From an uncultured Collinsella sp. (GTDB taxonomy: Bacteria; Actinomycetota; Coriobacteriia; Coriobacteriales; Coriobacteriaceae): a stretch of 48,127 bases of DNA. The notes below the pieces were generated by a model. It was not told where the DNA came from and ran no database searches. It saw only the letters and a program-made list of their open reading frames with translations. Positions within the stretch are counted from its first letter, which is position 1. The number at the start of each line of letters is the position of its first letter. The DNA lies in NCBI GenBank assembly GCA_937958315.1, contig CALFGH010000149.1, positions 1 to 48,127 of the forward strand, given 5' to 3'. Positions 28,020 through 36,828 of the stretch are shown one piece after another. The translations under genes were made by a program, and so were the position numbers.

Positions 28020-28053
28020 TCAAACACATGTTCTTATCGAATACCTGTTCGAT
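28020..28053. promoter_or_regulatory. Two LexA (SOS) boxes
   Basis: TCAAAC-ACAT-GTTCTT and TCGAAT-ACCT-GTTCGA match Gram-positive/actinobacterial CGAAC-N4-GTTCG. Confidence 0.8.
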
Positions 28054-28231
28054 AATACCTGCTCGACCGGACACCGTCAAAACCTGTCCCTTTTTGGCAA
28101 GTATGGTCGCGCGGCTTCATCGGGGTATTTAACGCAGCCCTAAAGAGTGTGAAACAGCTCGGAAAACCTCGCTTCGTAGCATGAGCCTAGCGATTGGTGC
28201 CACCTACATGCACGGAAGGGTTGTGGAAACG

Positions 28232-28756
28232 ATGGTCAATTATGGGTTTGGTATGCCGACACGCCTTGTTGCGGATGGAGACGTGGCTCGCTGGTGTGGA
28301 CGACTGGTCGCTCACTACGGTGGCACCAAGGCGCTGGTGGTGCTAGGCGGTGACAAACATACGCGTGATGAGCTCGTCTCGGCGGCACTCAGCTCGCTTG
28401 ATCGAGCTCTGCTCGAGCGCGTGCTTTTTCGCTGCGGCTCGGTTGAGGGCGACGGGGGAGACGAGCTGATCGACGAAGCCGTGGCCCTGGCGACCGACGA
28501 AGGCGTGGACTTTGTCCTGGCGATCGGCGATGCCGATACTGCCGGCTTTGCGCGCGAACTCGCGCGTCGCATGGCGGCGCTCGATGCCGGCGAAGACGGT
28601 TTTGTCCCTTATGGATGTATTGTCTCGGAGGGCAAGGTGCCTGCCGTCGCGGGAGCCGGCGAGGTTCCCGTTTTTGCCATTATCGCGCCCGAACTGCTGG
28701 AGGGCATCGGGTCTCCTTTGCGTGAGTTGCTCGGTAGCGTCTGCGCCGCGGCCTAA
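28232..28756 (+). CDS. Stand-alone, degenerate N-terminal domain of the iron-containing alcohol dehydrogenase family
   Basis: F.MPTR.., KALVV.GG, GVEG, VDFVLAIG, P.FAII.PEL; lacks GGGS and the C-terminal metal domain. Confidence 0.6.
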   Translation: MVNYGFGMPTRLVADGDVARWCGRLVAHYGGTKALVVLGGDKHTRDELVSAALSSLDRALLERVLFRCGSVEGDGGDELIDEAVALATDEGVDFVLAIGDADTAGFARELARRMAALDAGEDGFVPYGCIVSEGKVPAVAGAGEVPVFAIIAPELLEGIGSPLRELLGSVCAAA

Positions 28757-28766
28757 TATTTGCCAT

Positions 28767-28829
28767 AAAAGGACGGGTTATTTTTGGTTGGTAAAGCGTT
28801 TGACCTGCAAAAATAAGCCTGTCCCTTTT
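28767..28829. repeat. REP-like hairpin
   Basis: AAAAGGACGGGTTATTTTTG/CAAAAATAAGCCTGTCCCTTTT imperfect inverted repeat; related half at 28083-28100. Confidence 0.6.
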
Positions 28830-28955
28830 TAATCGGTTGCCGTTTGGGGGCCGATTGGCAACGCTCGCTGATTGTAGTCTTGACCTGCGCTAGAATAGTG
28901 GCATCTGAATGTCCGGGCGCATGGAGGCGTGCGCCCGTATGCTGAGGAGGACTCT

Positions 28956-30650
28956 ATGGCAACTGTTGCCGCACCTATCGATGCTACGTCGACTGCCGCT
29001 TGGAAGGCACTCGAGGCTCATCAGGAGAAGCTTGAGGCCGATGGTATCGACCTCAAGGCCTGGTTCGCCGCCGATGCCGAGCGCGTGAACAAGCTGAGCT
29101 TTGACGCCGGTGACCTGCACTTCGACCTATCCAAGAACCTGGTGACCGACGAGACCGTCAAGCTGCTGTGCGATCTTGCCCGCGAGGTGAAACTCGAGGA
29201 GCGCCGCGACGCCATGTTCTCCGGCGAGCACATCAACACCACCGAGGACCGCGCCGTCCTGCACACCGCGCTGCGCCGTCCGGCAAGCGAGAAAGGCCAG
29301 CTCATCGTCGACGGCCAGGACGTCGTCGCCGACGTGCACGAGGTCCTCGATCGCATGTATGCCTTCGCCGAGCGCGTGCGCTCCGGTGAGTGGAAGGGCG
29401 TTACCGGCAAGAAGATCGAGCACCTGGTGTCCATCGGCATCGGCGGCTCCGATCTGGGCCCGGTCATGGCCTACGAGGCTCTGCGTCCCTACGCCGACGC
29501 CGGTATCGACTGCCGCTACATCTCCAACATCGACCCCAACGACCAGGCCGAGAAGCTCAAGGGCCTGGATCCCGAGACCACGCTCGTGATTATCGTCTCC
29601 AAGACTTTCACCACGCTCGAGACCCTCACTAACGCTCGCGAGGCCAAGACCTGGATGCTCGAGCAGCTCAAGGCTCAGGGCGCCATCGACGGCTCCGATG
29701 AGCAGAACGCCGAGGCCGTGGCCAAGCACTTCGTCGCTGTTTCCACCGCACTCGAGAAGGTCGAGGCCTTCGGCATCGACCCCGCTAACGCTTTTGGTTT
29801 CTGGAATTGGGTCGGCGGCCGCTACTCCGTCGACTCTGCCGTGGGCCTGTCGCTGATCGTCGTGCTCGGTCCCGAGCGCTTCCAGCAGTTCCTCGAGGGC
29901 TTCCACGCCATCGACGAGTACTTCTGCAACACGCCGCTCGAGAACAATGCCGTCGCGCTGATGGGCCTGCTCAACGTCTGGTACGTCAACTTCTTCGGTT
30001 CCAAGAGCCACGCCGTGCTTCCGTACTGCCAGTATCTGCACCGTTTCCCGGCCTACCTGCAGCAGCTCACCATGGAGTCCAACGGCAAGCATGTCCGCTG
30101 GGACGGCAGCGCTGTGACCTCCGATACCGGTGAGATCTTCTGGGGCGAGCCCGGCACCAACGGTCAGCACGCCTTCTACCAGCTGCTGCACCAGGGCACC
30201 GTGGTGGTCCCGGCCGACTTTATCGCTTTCGCCAATACCGCCAACCCTGCGACCGACAGCGGTCAGGACGTGCACGAGCTGTTCCTGGGCAACTTCCTGG
30301 CCCAGACCAAGGCGCTTGCCTTTGGTAAGACGGCCGATGAGGTGCGCGCCGAGGGTACGCCCGAGCAGATCGTCCCGGCCCGCTGCTTTGAGGGCAACCG
30401 TCCGACGACCTCGATCTTCGGCGACACGCTGACCCCGTTTGCGCTCGGCGAGCTCATCGCCCTGTACGAGCACATCGTATTTGTCGAGGGCACGGTCTGG
30501 GGCATCGACTCCTACGACCAGTGGGGCGTCGAGCTGGGCAAGCAGCTTGCCAAGCAGATTACCCCTGCCTTCCACGACGACGCCGCCAAGGCCGAGCAGG
30601 ACGCTTCGACTCAAGCGCTTATCGAGTTCTATCGCGCGCATCGCAAGTAG
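28956..30650 (+). CDS. pgi: Glucose-6-phosphate isomerase
   Basis: [48 protein letters not shown]. Confidence 0.98.
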   Translation: MATVAAPIDATSTAAWKALEAHQEKLEADGIDLKAWFAADAERVNKLSFDAGDLHFDLSKNLVTDETVKLLCDLAREVKLEERRDAMFSGEHINTTEDRAVLHTALRRPASEKGQLIVDGQDVVADVHEVLDRMYAFAERVRSGEWKGVTGKKIEHLVSIGIGGSDLGPVMAYEALRPYADAGIDCRYISNIDPNDQAEKLKGLDPETTLVIIVSKTFTTLETLTNAREAKTWMLEQLKAQGAIDGSDEQNAEAVAKHFVAVSTALEKVEAFGIDPANAFGFWNWVGGRYSVDSAVGLSLIVVLGPERFQQFLEGFHAIDEYFCNTPLENNAVALMGLLNVWYVNFFGSKSHAVLPYCQYLHRFPAYLQQLTMESNGKHVRWDGSAVTSDTGEIFWGEPGTNGQHAFYQLLHQGTVVVPADFIAFANTANPATDSGQDVHELFLGNFLAQTKALAFGKTADEVRAEGTPEQIVPARCFEGNRPTTSIFGDTLTPFALGELIALYEHIVFVEGTVWGIDSYDQWGVELGKQLAKQITPAFHDDAAKAEQDASTQALIEFYRAHRK

Positions 30651-30683
30651 TCGCTGCTGTTAACGCGTCGCGCCTTATAGTCA

Positions 30684-30721
30684 GGGGCCCGTATCCTATC
30701 GGATGCGGGCCCCTTTGCTTT
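30684..30721 (+). terminator. Terminator after pgi
   Basis: GGGGCCCGTATCC/GGATGCGGGCCCC followed by T-rich tract. Confidence 0.7.
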
Positions 30722-30791
30722 GCCGTGGTCCCGGGGCGCACGGCCTTTGTGGAACATCGCCGGGGCGCCGCGCGCTGCGAGAACCCTGCGC

Positions 30792-32096
30792 CTAGATCTC
30801 GGTCTCCGCATGGCCTCGCTGCGCCTCGGGCAGCTCCCCGTAGAGCGGATGGTCTTCGAGCCTAAAGCGCTCGACCTGTTCGGGAGTGCGACCGCGTACA
30901 AAGAGCCACGAGCGATCGATCGGCGTCGCCATGAGCGTGCTGGGCAGTGCGTCGGCGCGGTCGGAAAACACCCGGGCGTTCTCGGGATCCTGGAACGCCA
31001 GCACCAGATGCGTGTCGCAGTTGCCCATGATGGAGCGTGCGCGTGCCTCGCCATAGAGCGCATCGAGCTGGTTGGTCGACTGCAGCAGCAGCGTTGCCCA
31101 GATGTTGCGGCTTCGGATAATCGAGAGCACGTTGTCGATCTGGGGGATCTGCAGATTTGCGAAGTCATCGAGCATAAAGCGCACGGGCACGGGCAGGCTG
31201 CCGTCGGGCTGCCTATCGGCCTCACGAATGAGGCCCATAAACGCCTGCGAAATAAAGAGGCCGGTCAGGGGATCGAGATTGCGGTCAATATCGCTCACGG
31301 TTACAAACAGGGCGCAGGGGGTGTGTCCCATGGAAGCGAAGTCCACCTGATGGCACTGACGATAGAGCCGTGCCGCACCGTCGAATCCCAGACACATGAC
31401 CTTTTCGGCAAGGATGCCGACGATGCTCGCGTGCATGCGCTCGGCATTTTGCGTAATGGCGTAGCGCCGCCATAGCGAGAGGGCATAGCTTTGGGGGTCG
31501 GTCGTGATCAGGTCGTCAAACAATCGACCCGTGGCACCGTCCTGCAGGTGCTCGATCAGCTTGATGACCGAGCTGATCGTCTGCTCGTCGGCGGGTAGCT
31601 GTTCGGTGACGTAGGCGATAAGACACGACAGCAGGTTTGCCGCCGCATGATCCCAAAAAGGCTGGTTGTTGTCCTCGATGGGGCAGATGGCCTTTGCCAC
31701 CGAGAGGATGTCCTGCTGGTTGGGCCTGCCGTCCGCCTTGCGGCGAATGTGCCTCAGGGGGTTGTAGCCGCAGCGCTCGATGCCGGGCGCAAGGACCGGG
31801 ACGGTGTTGAGGTCGGCGAAGTTGAGACATTGCACGCGGTAACCGTGGGCTGCCAGCACGGGTCCCACTTCGCGACAGAGCGTGCCTTTGGTGTCGAGCA
31901 CGATGTAGCTTGCGTTCATTTGCAGCAGGTTGGGCTTGAGGACGTTTCGGGTCTTGCCGGCTCCCGAGGGGCCGATCACAAGTGCATTGTTGTTGAGTCC
32001 CGTTTGGCGGGTGTCGCAGGAAAGCGTTCGATCCTTGGCGAGGATGGTGGACGATGCGGACTCAGATGCGGCGAGGCGGCTGGCGAGGTTAGACAT
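30792..32096 (-). CDS. VirD4/TraG-like (type IV coupling protein family) ATPase, no N-terminal TM anchor
   Basis: N.N.LVIGPSGAGKTR..LKPNLLQ, D.KG, YNPL, FW..AA..L, FMLDDFAN, RSR, QS..QL..LYG, GNCDT; AAGGAGG RBS, start overlaps clpP stop. Confidence 0.88.
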   Translation of the reverse strand: MSNLASRLAASESASSTILAKDRTLSCDTRQTGLNNNALVIGPSGAGKTRNVLKPNLLQMNASYIVLDTKGTLCREVGPVLAAHGYRVQCLNFADLNTVPVLAPGIERCGYNPLRHIRRKADGRPNQQDILSVAKAICPIEDNNQPFWDHAAANLLSCLIAYVTEQLPADEQTISSVIKLIEHLQDGATGRLFDDLITTDPQSYALSLWRRYAITQNAERMHASIVGILAEKVMCLGFDGAARLYRQCHQVDFASMGHTPCALFVTVSDIDRNLDPLTGLFISQAFMGLIREADRQPDGSLPVPVRFMLDDFANLQIPQIDNVLSIIRSRNIWATLLLQSTNQLDALYGEARARSIMGNCDTHLVLAFQDPENARVFSDRADALPSTLMATPIDRSWLFVRGRTPEQVERFRLEDHPLYGELPEAQRGHAETEI

Positions 32097-32706
32097 GGGC
32101 GACCTCCTTGGTGGTCGAGAGGATTTCGTGGGCAAAGCCGAGCTCGACGGCGCGCTCGGCCGAAAGGTAGGTGTCTTTTGCAGTGAGGGACTGGATGCGC
32201 TTGGGCGTGAGGCCGCTGCGGTCCGAGAGGATTTGCGTGAGGGTCTTGCGGGTCTGCATGAGACGCCGGCTGGTTTCCTGCAGCGCAAGTGCCGAACCGC
32301 CTGCCCCCTGGGGGATCAGTGGGTCGTGAATCATGAGCTCTGCATGGGGCGCCATACGGCGATCGTCGCCGCCCATAAAGATCACGGCGCCCATGGACGC
32401 GGCGAATTCCAGGCAGACGGTGCGGATGGGGCACGATGCGAGGCGCATGGCGTCATAGATCGCAAGACCCGATCGCACGCTTCCGCCGGCGCTGGCGACA
32501 AATATGGTGATGGGACGGCTGGGGTCGGTGGCATCGAGCAGGCGGATCTGCTGGCATAGGTCGTGAGCCATCGGGGTTTCGATGTTTCCCATGACGGAGA
32601 GCTCGCGACGGGCGAGCATCTCATCGTAAACGCTGGTGAGCGTGATACCTCGGGCGGATTCACGCATGGTGAGGGGGCTGATGATGGGGGAATGATTGGT
32701 GTCCAT
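32089..32706 (-). CDS. clpP: ATP-dependent Clp protease proteolytic subunit (accessory paralog)
   Basis: S.GGSV..GLAIYDAM, AASMG (Ser), MIHDP (His), DTYLSAE.AVELG (Asp). Confidence 0.92.
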   Translation of the reverse strand: MDTNHSPIISPLTMRESARGITLTSVYDEMLARRELSVMGNIETPMAHDLCQQIRLLDATDPSRPITIFVASAGGSVRSGLAIYDAMRLASCPIRTVCLEFAASMGAVIFMGGDDRRMAPHAELMIHDPLIPQGAGGSALALQETSRRLMQTRKTLTQILSDRSGLTPKRIQSLTAKDTYLSAERAVELGFAHEILSTTKEVAHV

Positions 32707-32769
32707 GAGGACTCCTTTCTGTTGGTTGTGTTGTGGAATAGGATTGTTGCCCGCGGAGGGGCTGGCGGG

Positions 32770-33660
32770 CTACAGGGTTCGTCCGAGCCTGAGATCGAGC
32801 TCGGTTGTGGGGCAGGCTGCCTGTTCGTGCGGCTCGCAAGCGCCAAGGGCTCCAAAGCGATAGAGCGTTGCGGCGGGCGTGGTGTAGGCGAGCCGCAGCT
32901 GATGCTCGACAGGGGCACATCCGTCATTTTTGTAATGAGCCGCGTAGCACTGCGCGATGCTGGCGTTCATCTCGCTGCCATTGCGATGGCGCTCAAACTG
33001 GCGTCTGCAGGTCTCGATGATCTTTGCTACCGACTTGGGTGCCGTCGCGGGAACAAGGGCGAGATAGCCCTCAAATAGCTCGTTGATGCTCAGGAGGCAC
33101 AGCAGGTCGATCAGCGTCCTTATGGCTGCTCCCTCGGCAGAAAAATGCGCGGTCATGCGGTTATATCGGTTGCGGTCGACTATGGCCGCATGGGGTCTTG
33201 GAGTTTTCTGCCCTGTGGTCCCGGGCTTTTGCCGCGCCTGTGTATTGAGCTCGACGTTGCAGCGCTTGAGGCCGTCCAACGGAAGGAACAGTGCGGTGCG
33301 CAGGGTGTTCCGCTTGCTCTCGAGTTCATGACGCTCGTCGGGCTCCCATTCGAGCTTGAGTTTCGTGTCGAGCGCCGTAAGCATATGGGCTAGGCAGCCT
33401 ACGGTAAGAACGTACGAATCGTTGTCGCGTTTTGGGGCATAGGGGTCTGTCAGCTTGCGAATGTCGGGGTCGCCCATGATCTTTGTGCAGCGCTTCAGCA
33501 GTTGAGGGTGGTCGGCCAAGATCGTCGCGAGCGGTAGCGACGCGTAGTTCTTGATAGTCGCGGCGGCAAAGGCGGCGTCATATTCGTTTGCATATGCTCG
33601 CTCAATGCGGGCATCCAGAATGCTTTTCTTATCGCCGTCTTCAGCGTGGTGGTTTGTCAT
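32770..33660 (-). CDS. Hypothetical protein (296 aa), first gene of the clpP-virD4 module
   Basis: Long ORF with GGAG RBS before ATG 33660, co-oriented and 63 bp upstream of clpP; no motif recognised. Confidence 0.7.
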   Translation of the reverse strand: MTNHHAEDGDKKSILDARIERAYANEYDAAFAAATIKNYASLPLATILADHPQLLKRCTKIMGDPDIRKLTDPYAPKRDNDSYVLTVGCLAHMLTALDTKLKLEWEPDERHELESKRNTLRTALFLPLDGLKRCNVELNTQARQKPGTTGQKTPRPHAAIVDRNRYNRMTAHFSAEGAAIRTLIDLLCLLSINELFEGYLALVPATAPKSVAKIIETCRRQFERHRNGSEMNASIAQCYAAHYKNDGCAPVEHQLRLAYTTPAATLYRFGALGACEPHEQAACPTTELDLRLGRTL

Positions 33661-34150
33661 AGCTTCTCCAATCGGTTGATGTTCGTGCTGTTTGTTGATG
33701 TGTTGGTTGTCGTGAGTGATGTGCTTGCCGTGGGTGATGTGCTGACGTTGGGGTGCTATGCGGTTTTCAATGAGCCCGTGAGGCAGTTGCTGCAGGGGCG
33801 GGGTGGAACGGCCCATGCAAGGCGGAAGGCATCGTGCTCAAAATCGAGACAGCAATGCCCTGGGTGCCTCACATGTGGCAGTTACCTCATTAAGTTGTCA
33901 TTGCGTTTGGGGTTGTACTTTGCCGATCTTCCTTCTCTTACACGCTAAAACTCAAACTTCATATGCTCGATCTACTTAAAACCGCAACGGCGGTCTTTTA
34001 TCAACTTATATGTCGGAACGCGTCTTTGCAAGTACTTTTTTTGCCTTTGTTTCAAATGGGGTGGTTTTGCAACCGTCATACGCGCGCTGTGCGAACGTGC
34101 CCCGGCTCGGATAAGATAGTGCGCGATAAAAACGATGCAAGGAGGCACAT

Positions 34151-34993
34151 ATGGCAATTAAAGCCATCGCAATGGATATCGACGGTACGCTCACCAACGA
34201 CCAGAAAGTGATTAGCCCGCGTACGCGCGAGAAGCTGCTCGCGGCGCAGGAGTCGGGCATTAAGCTCATTTTGGCTTCGGGTCGTCCCGCATGGGGGCTG
34301 CACGCCTTGGCGCAGGAGCTCGACCTCCAAAACCATGACGGTCTGCTAGTCGCTTTCAATGGCGCGCATGTGGTCGACGCTCAGACCGATGAGATCCTTT
34401 TTGACCAGGCCATGCCGGCTGACGAGCTGCACCGTCTGATTGATCATCTGCGCAATTTCGACGTGATCCCCATGATTTCGCTTGGTCGCGATCTGCACGT
34501 CGAGGACTCGTACCATTGCATGATCACGCTGCCTGACGGCTCGCAGAAGAATATTGTCAAGTATGAGCGCGACGCGTGCGATCTTAAGATTCGCGAGGTG
34601 GAGAGCCTGCATGAGGTCGCTGATGCTTATCCCGTGGACAAGTTGCTGACGGCAGGCGACCCGGCATACCTGCAGGCGCATTACGAGGAGATGTATGCGC
34701 CCTTTAAGCAGACGCTTTCGGGTATGTTTACGGCCGACTGGTACTTTGAGTACACGGCGCCCGGTATCGACAAGGCCCGTGCGCTCGAGGGTGCCCTGCC
34801 CAAGCTCGGCATCGATGCCAGCGAGGTCGTATCGTTTGGCGACGGCCAGAACGACAAGTCCATGATTGAGTGGGCCGGCACCGGTGTTGCCATGGGCAAC
34901 GCCGTCGATGAGGTTAAGGCTGTAGCCCAGATGGTGACCGCCAATAACAACGAAGACGGTATTGCGGTGGCATTGGATAAGCTACTGGGCTAG
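34151..34993 (+). CDS. Cof-type HAD-IIB hydrolase
   Basis: DIDGTL, ASGRP, NGA, FGDGQND, AMGNA. Confidence 0.93.
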   Translation: MAIKAIAMDIDGTLTNDQKVISPRTREKLLAAQESGIKLILASGRPAWGLHALAQELDLQNHDGLLVAFNGAHVVDAQTDEILFDQAMPADELHRLIDHLRNFDVIPMISLGRDLHVEDSYHCMITLPDGSQKNIVKYERDACDLKIREVESLHEVADAYPVDKLLTAGDPAYLQAHYEEMYAPFKQTLSGMFTADWYFEYTAPGIDKARALEGALPKLGIDASEVVSFGDGQNDKSMIEWAGTGVAMGNAVDEVKAVAQMVTANNNEDGIAVALDKLLG

Positions 34994-35056
34994 AATCGCC
35001 GATAATGCATGGTTCGGGCGTCCGCTTGCGGGCGCCCTTTTGTTAGGGAGGGTGCC

Positions 35057-35716
35057 GTGTCCGCATTTCCGTTCGACGCCGTTATCTTTGACATGGACGG
35101 CGTCATTGTCGATACCGAGTATTACTACCTGGGCGAGACTGCCGCGTTTGCCAAGGAGCTTGGGTTGAACCTGACTCAAGAGGAATTGAACGGGCAGGTC
35201 GGTACTTCGCATCAGTTCTTCCTGCATATGCTGGTCGATTGGTTTCAGCGCGCCGGTAGGGGGCATTTTACTGGCGAGGAAGCGTTGGCTCGTTGGGACG
35301 AGTGGGCGCATAAGCGTCCGCGCGACTATCAGACTTTGATTAACCCGGGAGCCGTGGATACGATTCGAGAGCTGCCGCGCCGTGGCGTTCGCGTGGCGCT
35401 TGCTAGCTCGTCTCCCATGGATAGCATCGAGGAAGTACTCAATGCGTGCGGGCTGTCGGATGCCTTTGAGTATGTGGTGAGCGGCGAGCAGTTTAAGGAG
35501 AGCAAGCCCGAGCCCGACATCTACCTGCATGCGCTGGATCTGCTGGGGCTGCCCGCGAATCGCTGCTGCTGCGTTGAGGATTCCGTTCCGGGCATTACCG
35601 CGGGTAAGCGAGCCGGCCTGACGGTCATTGCCAAGCGCGAGGAGCGCTTTGGCTTTAGCCAGGATGCCGCGGACAAGATTATCGACCAGCTGCCGGAGCT
35701 GCTCACGCTTTCTTAG
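35057..35716 (+). CDS. HAD-IA family phosphatase
   Basis: FDMDGVIVDTE, ASSS, KPEPDIY, EDS..G. Confidence 0.92.
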   Translation: MSAFPFDAVIFDMDGVIVDTEYYYLGETAAFAKELGLNLTQEELNGQVGTSHQFFLHMLVDWFQRAGRGHFTGEEALARWDEWAHKRPRDYQTLINPGAVDTIRELPRRGVRVALASSSPMDSIEEVLNACGLSDAFEYVVSGEQFKESKPEPDIYLHALDLLGLPANRCCCVEDSVPGITAGKRAGLTVIAKREERFGFSQDAADKIIDQLPELLTLS

Positions 35717-35799
35717 GAGCGCGGTAGTTGCGCGTTTTTCGGGTCAGATGAGTAAATAGCCAACATTTTGGTGCGGCAGCAAGCATACTTTATGCTAAT

Positions 35800-35840
35800 G
35801 CGGGCTCAAGGGCTTGTTGAATGCCCTTGAGCCCGCTTTT
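35800..35840 (+). terminator. Terminator after the HAD genes
   Basis: GCGGGCTCAAGGGC/GCCCTTGAGCCCGC followed by TTTT. Confidence 0.7.
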
Positions 35841-35866
35841 GACTTAATTGTGCTGGGAGAGGGTAT

Positions 35867-36610
35867 ATGCCACCGACTGAAGGGCTAACTGACGGTAAAG
35901 CAGCGATACCGCTGTACCAACAGGTTATCGATATCATCAAAAACGAAATCAACTCCGGCGCCTACAAGGCAGGTGCGCGGATACCCAACGAATTCGAATT
36001 GGCTGAGAGCTATAAAGTTGGCCGCGTTACCGTGCGACGCGCTATTGAGGAGCTCGTCCAGCAGGGCTATCTAACGAAGCGACAGGGGAAAGGCACGTTT
36101 GTCAATGCCCCCAAGCTCAAGCGCAAGATTCGCCAGAAGGATGACGTCCAGAGTTTTTCGGACGCATGCCGCGTTAATGGAATGGAGGCGGGGGCGCGCG
36201 TCATTTCGAGGAAGATACTGCCGGCGGATTCCACCGAAGCACAGTTCTTTGGTGTTCCCGTTGGAACTGACTTGATTTGCGTTGAGCGCGTGCGTACTGC
36301 CGATGGCGTCCCTGTCATGCTCGAGAACAACATATACGTTTACGAGGACAACGCCTATCTATCAACGGCACCTCTATCTAACCAATCCATTTTTGAGTTC
36401 GTGCGCAACCGGACGGGCCGCACGCCCGCGTTTACCGACCCGTGCACGCTCGAGATCGCGTGCGCGTCGCCCGAGGTCGCTCGGCTGTTGGCAGTTCCCG
36501 TTGGCGAACCCTTGTTTTATATGGAAGCCTTCTTTTTCGATGAGCAGCGGCGGCCGTTTATCATCGGTCGTCAGCGAATCGTTGGGTCTCGCTACGTTTT
36601 TGACATCTAG
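35867..36610 (+). CDS. GntR/HutC family regulator with UTRA domain (FrlR-like)
   Basis: PLYQQV, IPNE.ELA..Y.V.R.TVRRA, QGKGTFV. Confidence 0.92.
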   Translation: MPPTEGLTDGKAAIPLYQQVIDIIKNEINSGAYKAGARIPNEFELAESYKVGRVTVRRAIEELVQQGYLTKRQGKGTFVNAPKLKRKIRQKDDVQSFSDACRVNGMEAGARVISRKILPADSTEAQFFGVPVGTDLICVERVRTADGVPVMLENNIYVYEDNAYLSTAPLSNQSIFEFVRNRTGRTPAFTDPCTLEIACASPEVARLLAVPVGEPLFYMEAFFFDEQRRPFIIGRQRIVGSRYVFDI

Positions 36611-36720
36611 GACATTGCGAATGGAAGCGCCCGGTGGATCATCTCACCGGGCGTTTCCATACCGTTCACGGCGCAAACGCAACCGTTCAACCGCGTTGCG
36701 GCAATCAGTTTGAAATTATC

Positions 36721-36763
36721 TTGATGAAGGAAAAAGCTGCTGGTAATCTATGGGACGTCATAG
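36721..36763 (+). promoter_or_regulatory. Sigma-70-type promoter with overlapping palindromic operator
   Basis: TTGATG-17nt-TAATCT with TG extension; CTATG-N6-CATAG dyad at 36748-36763. Confidence 0.55.
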
Positions 36764-36828
36764 AACGTTTGCCTTGTGCAAACGTTGAAGCGAGATGCGA
36801 TGCAGTCTCGAGTTCTTTGGAGGTATCT

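Noticed and set aside
30792..32288. 498-aa version of the VirD4 ORF
   Set aside because: The first 64 codons overlap clpP out of frame; AAGGAGG supports the start at 32096
30792..33660. Conjugative element or prophage (virD4; ClpP as head protease)
   Set aside because: No relaxase, VirB, integrase, portal, terminase or capsid genes and no att repeats seen; ClpP has a cellular-type N-terminus
33963..34211. 82-aa ORF in the AT-rich spacer
   Set aside because: No RBS or motif and it overlaps the Cof gene; more likely promoter DNA
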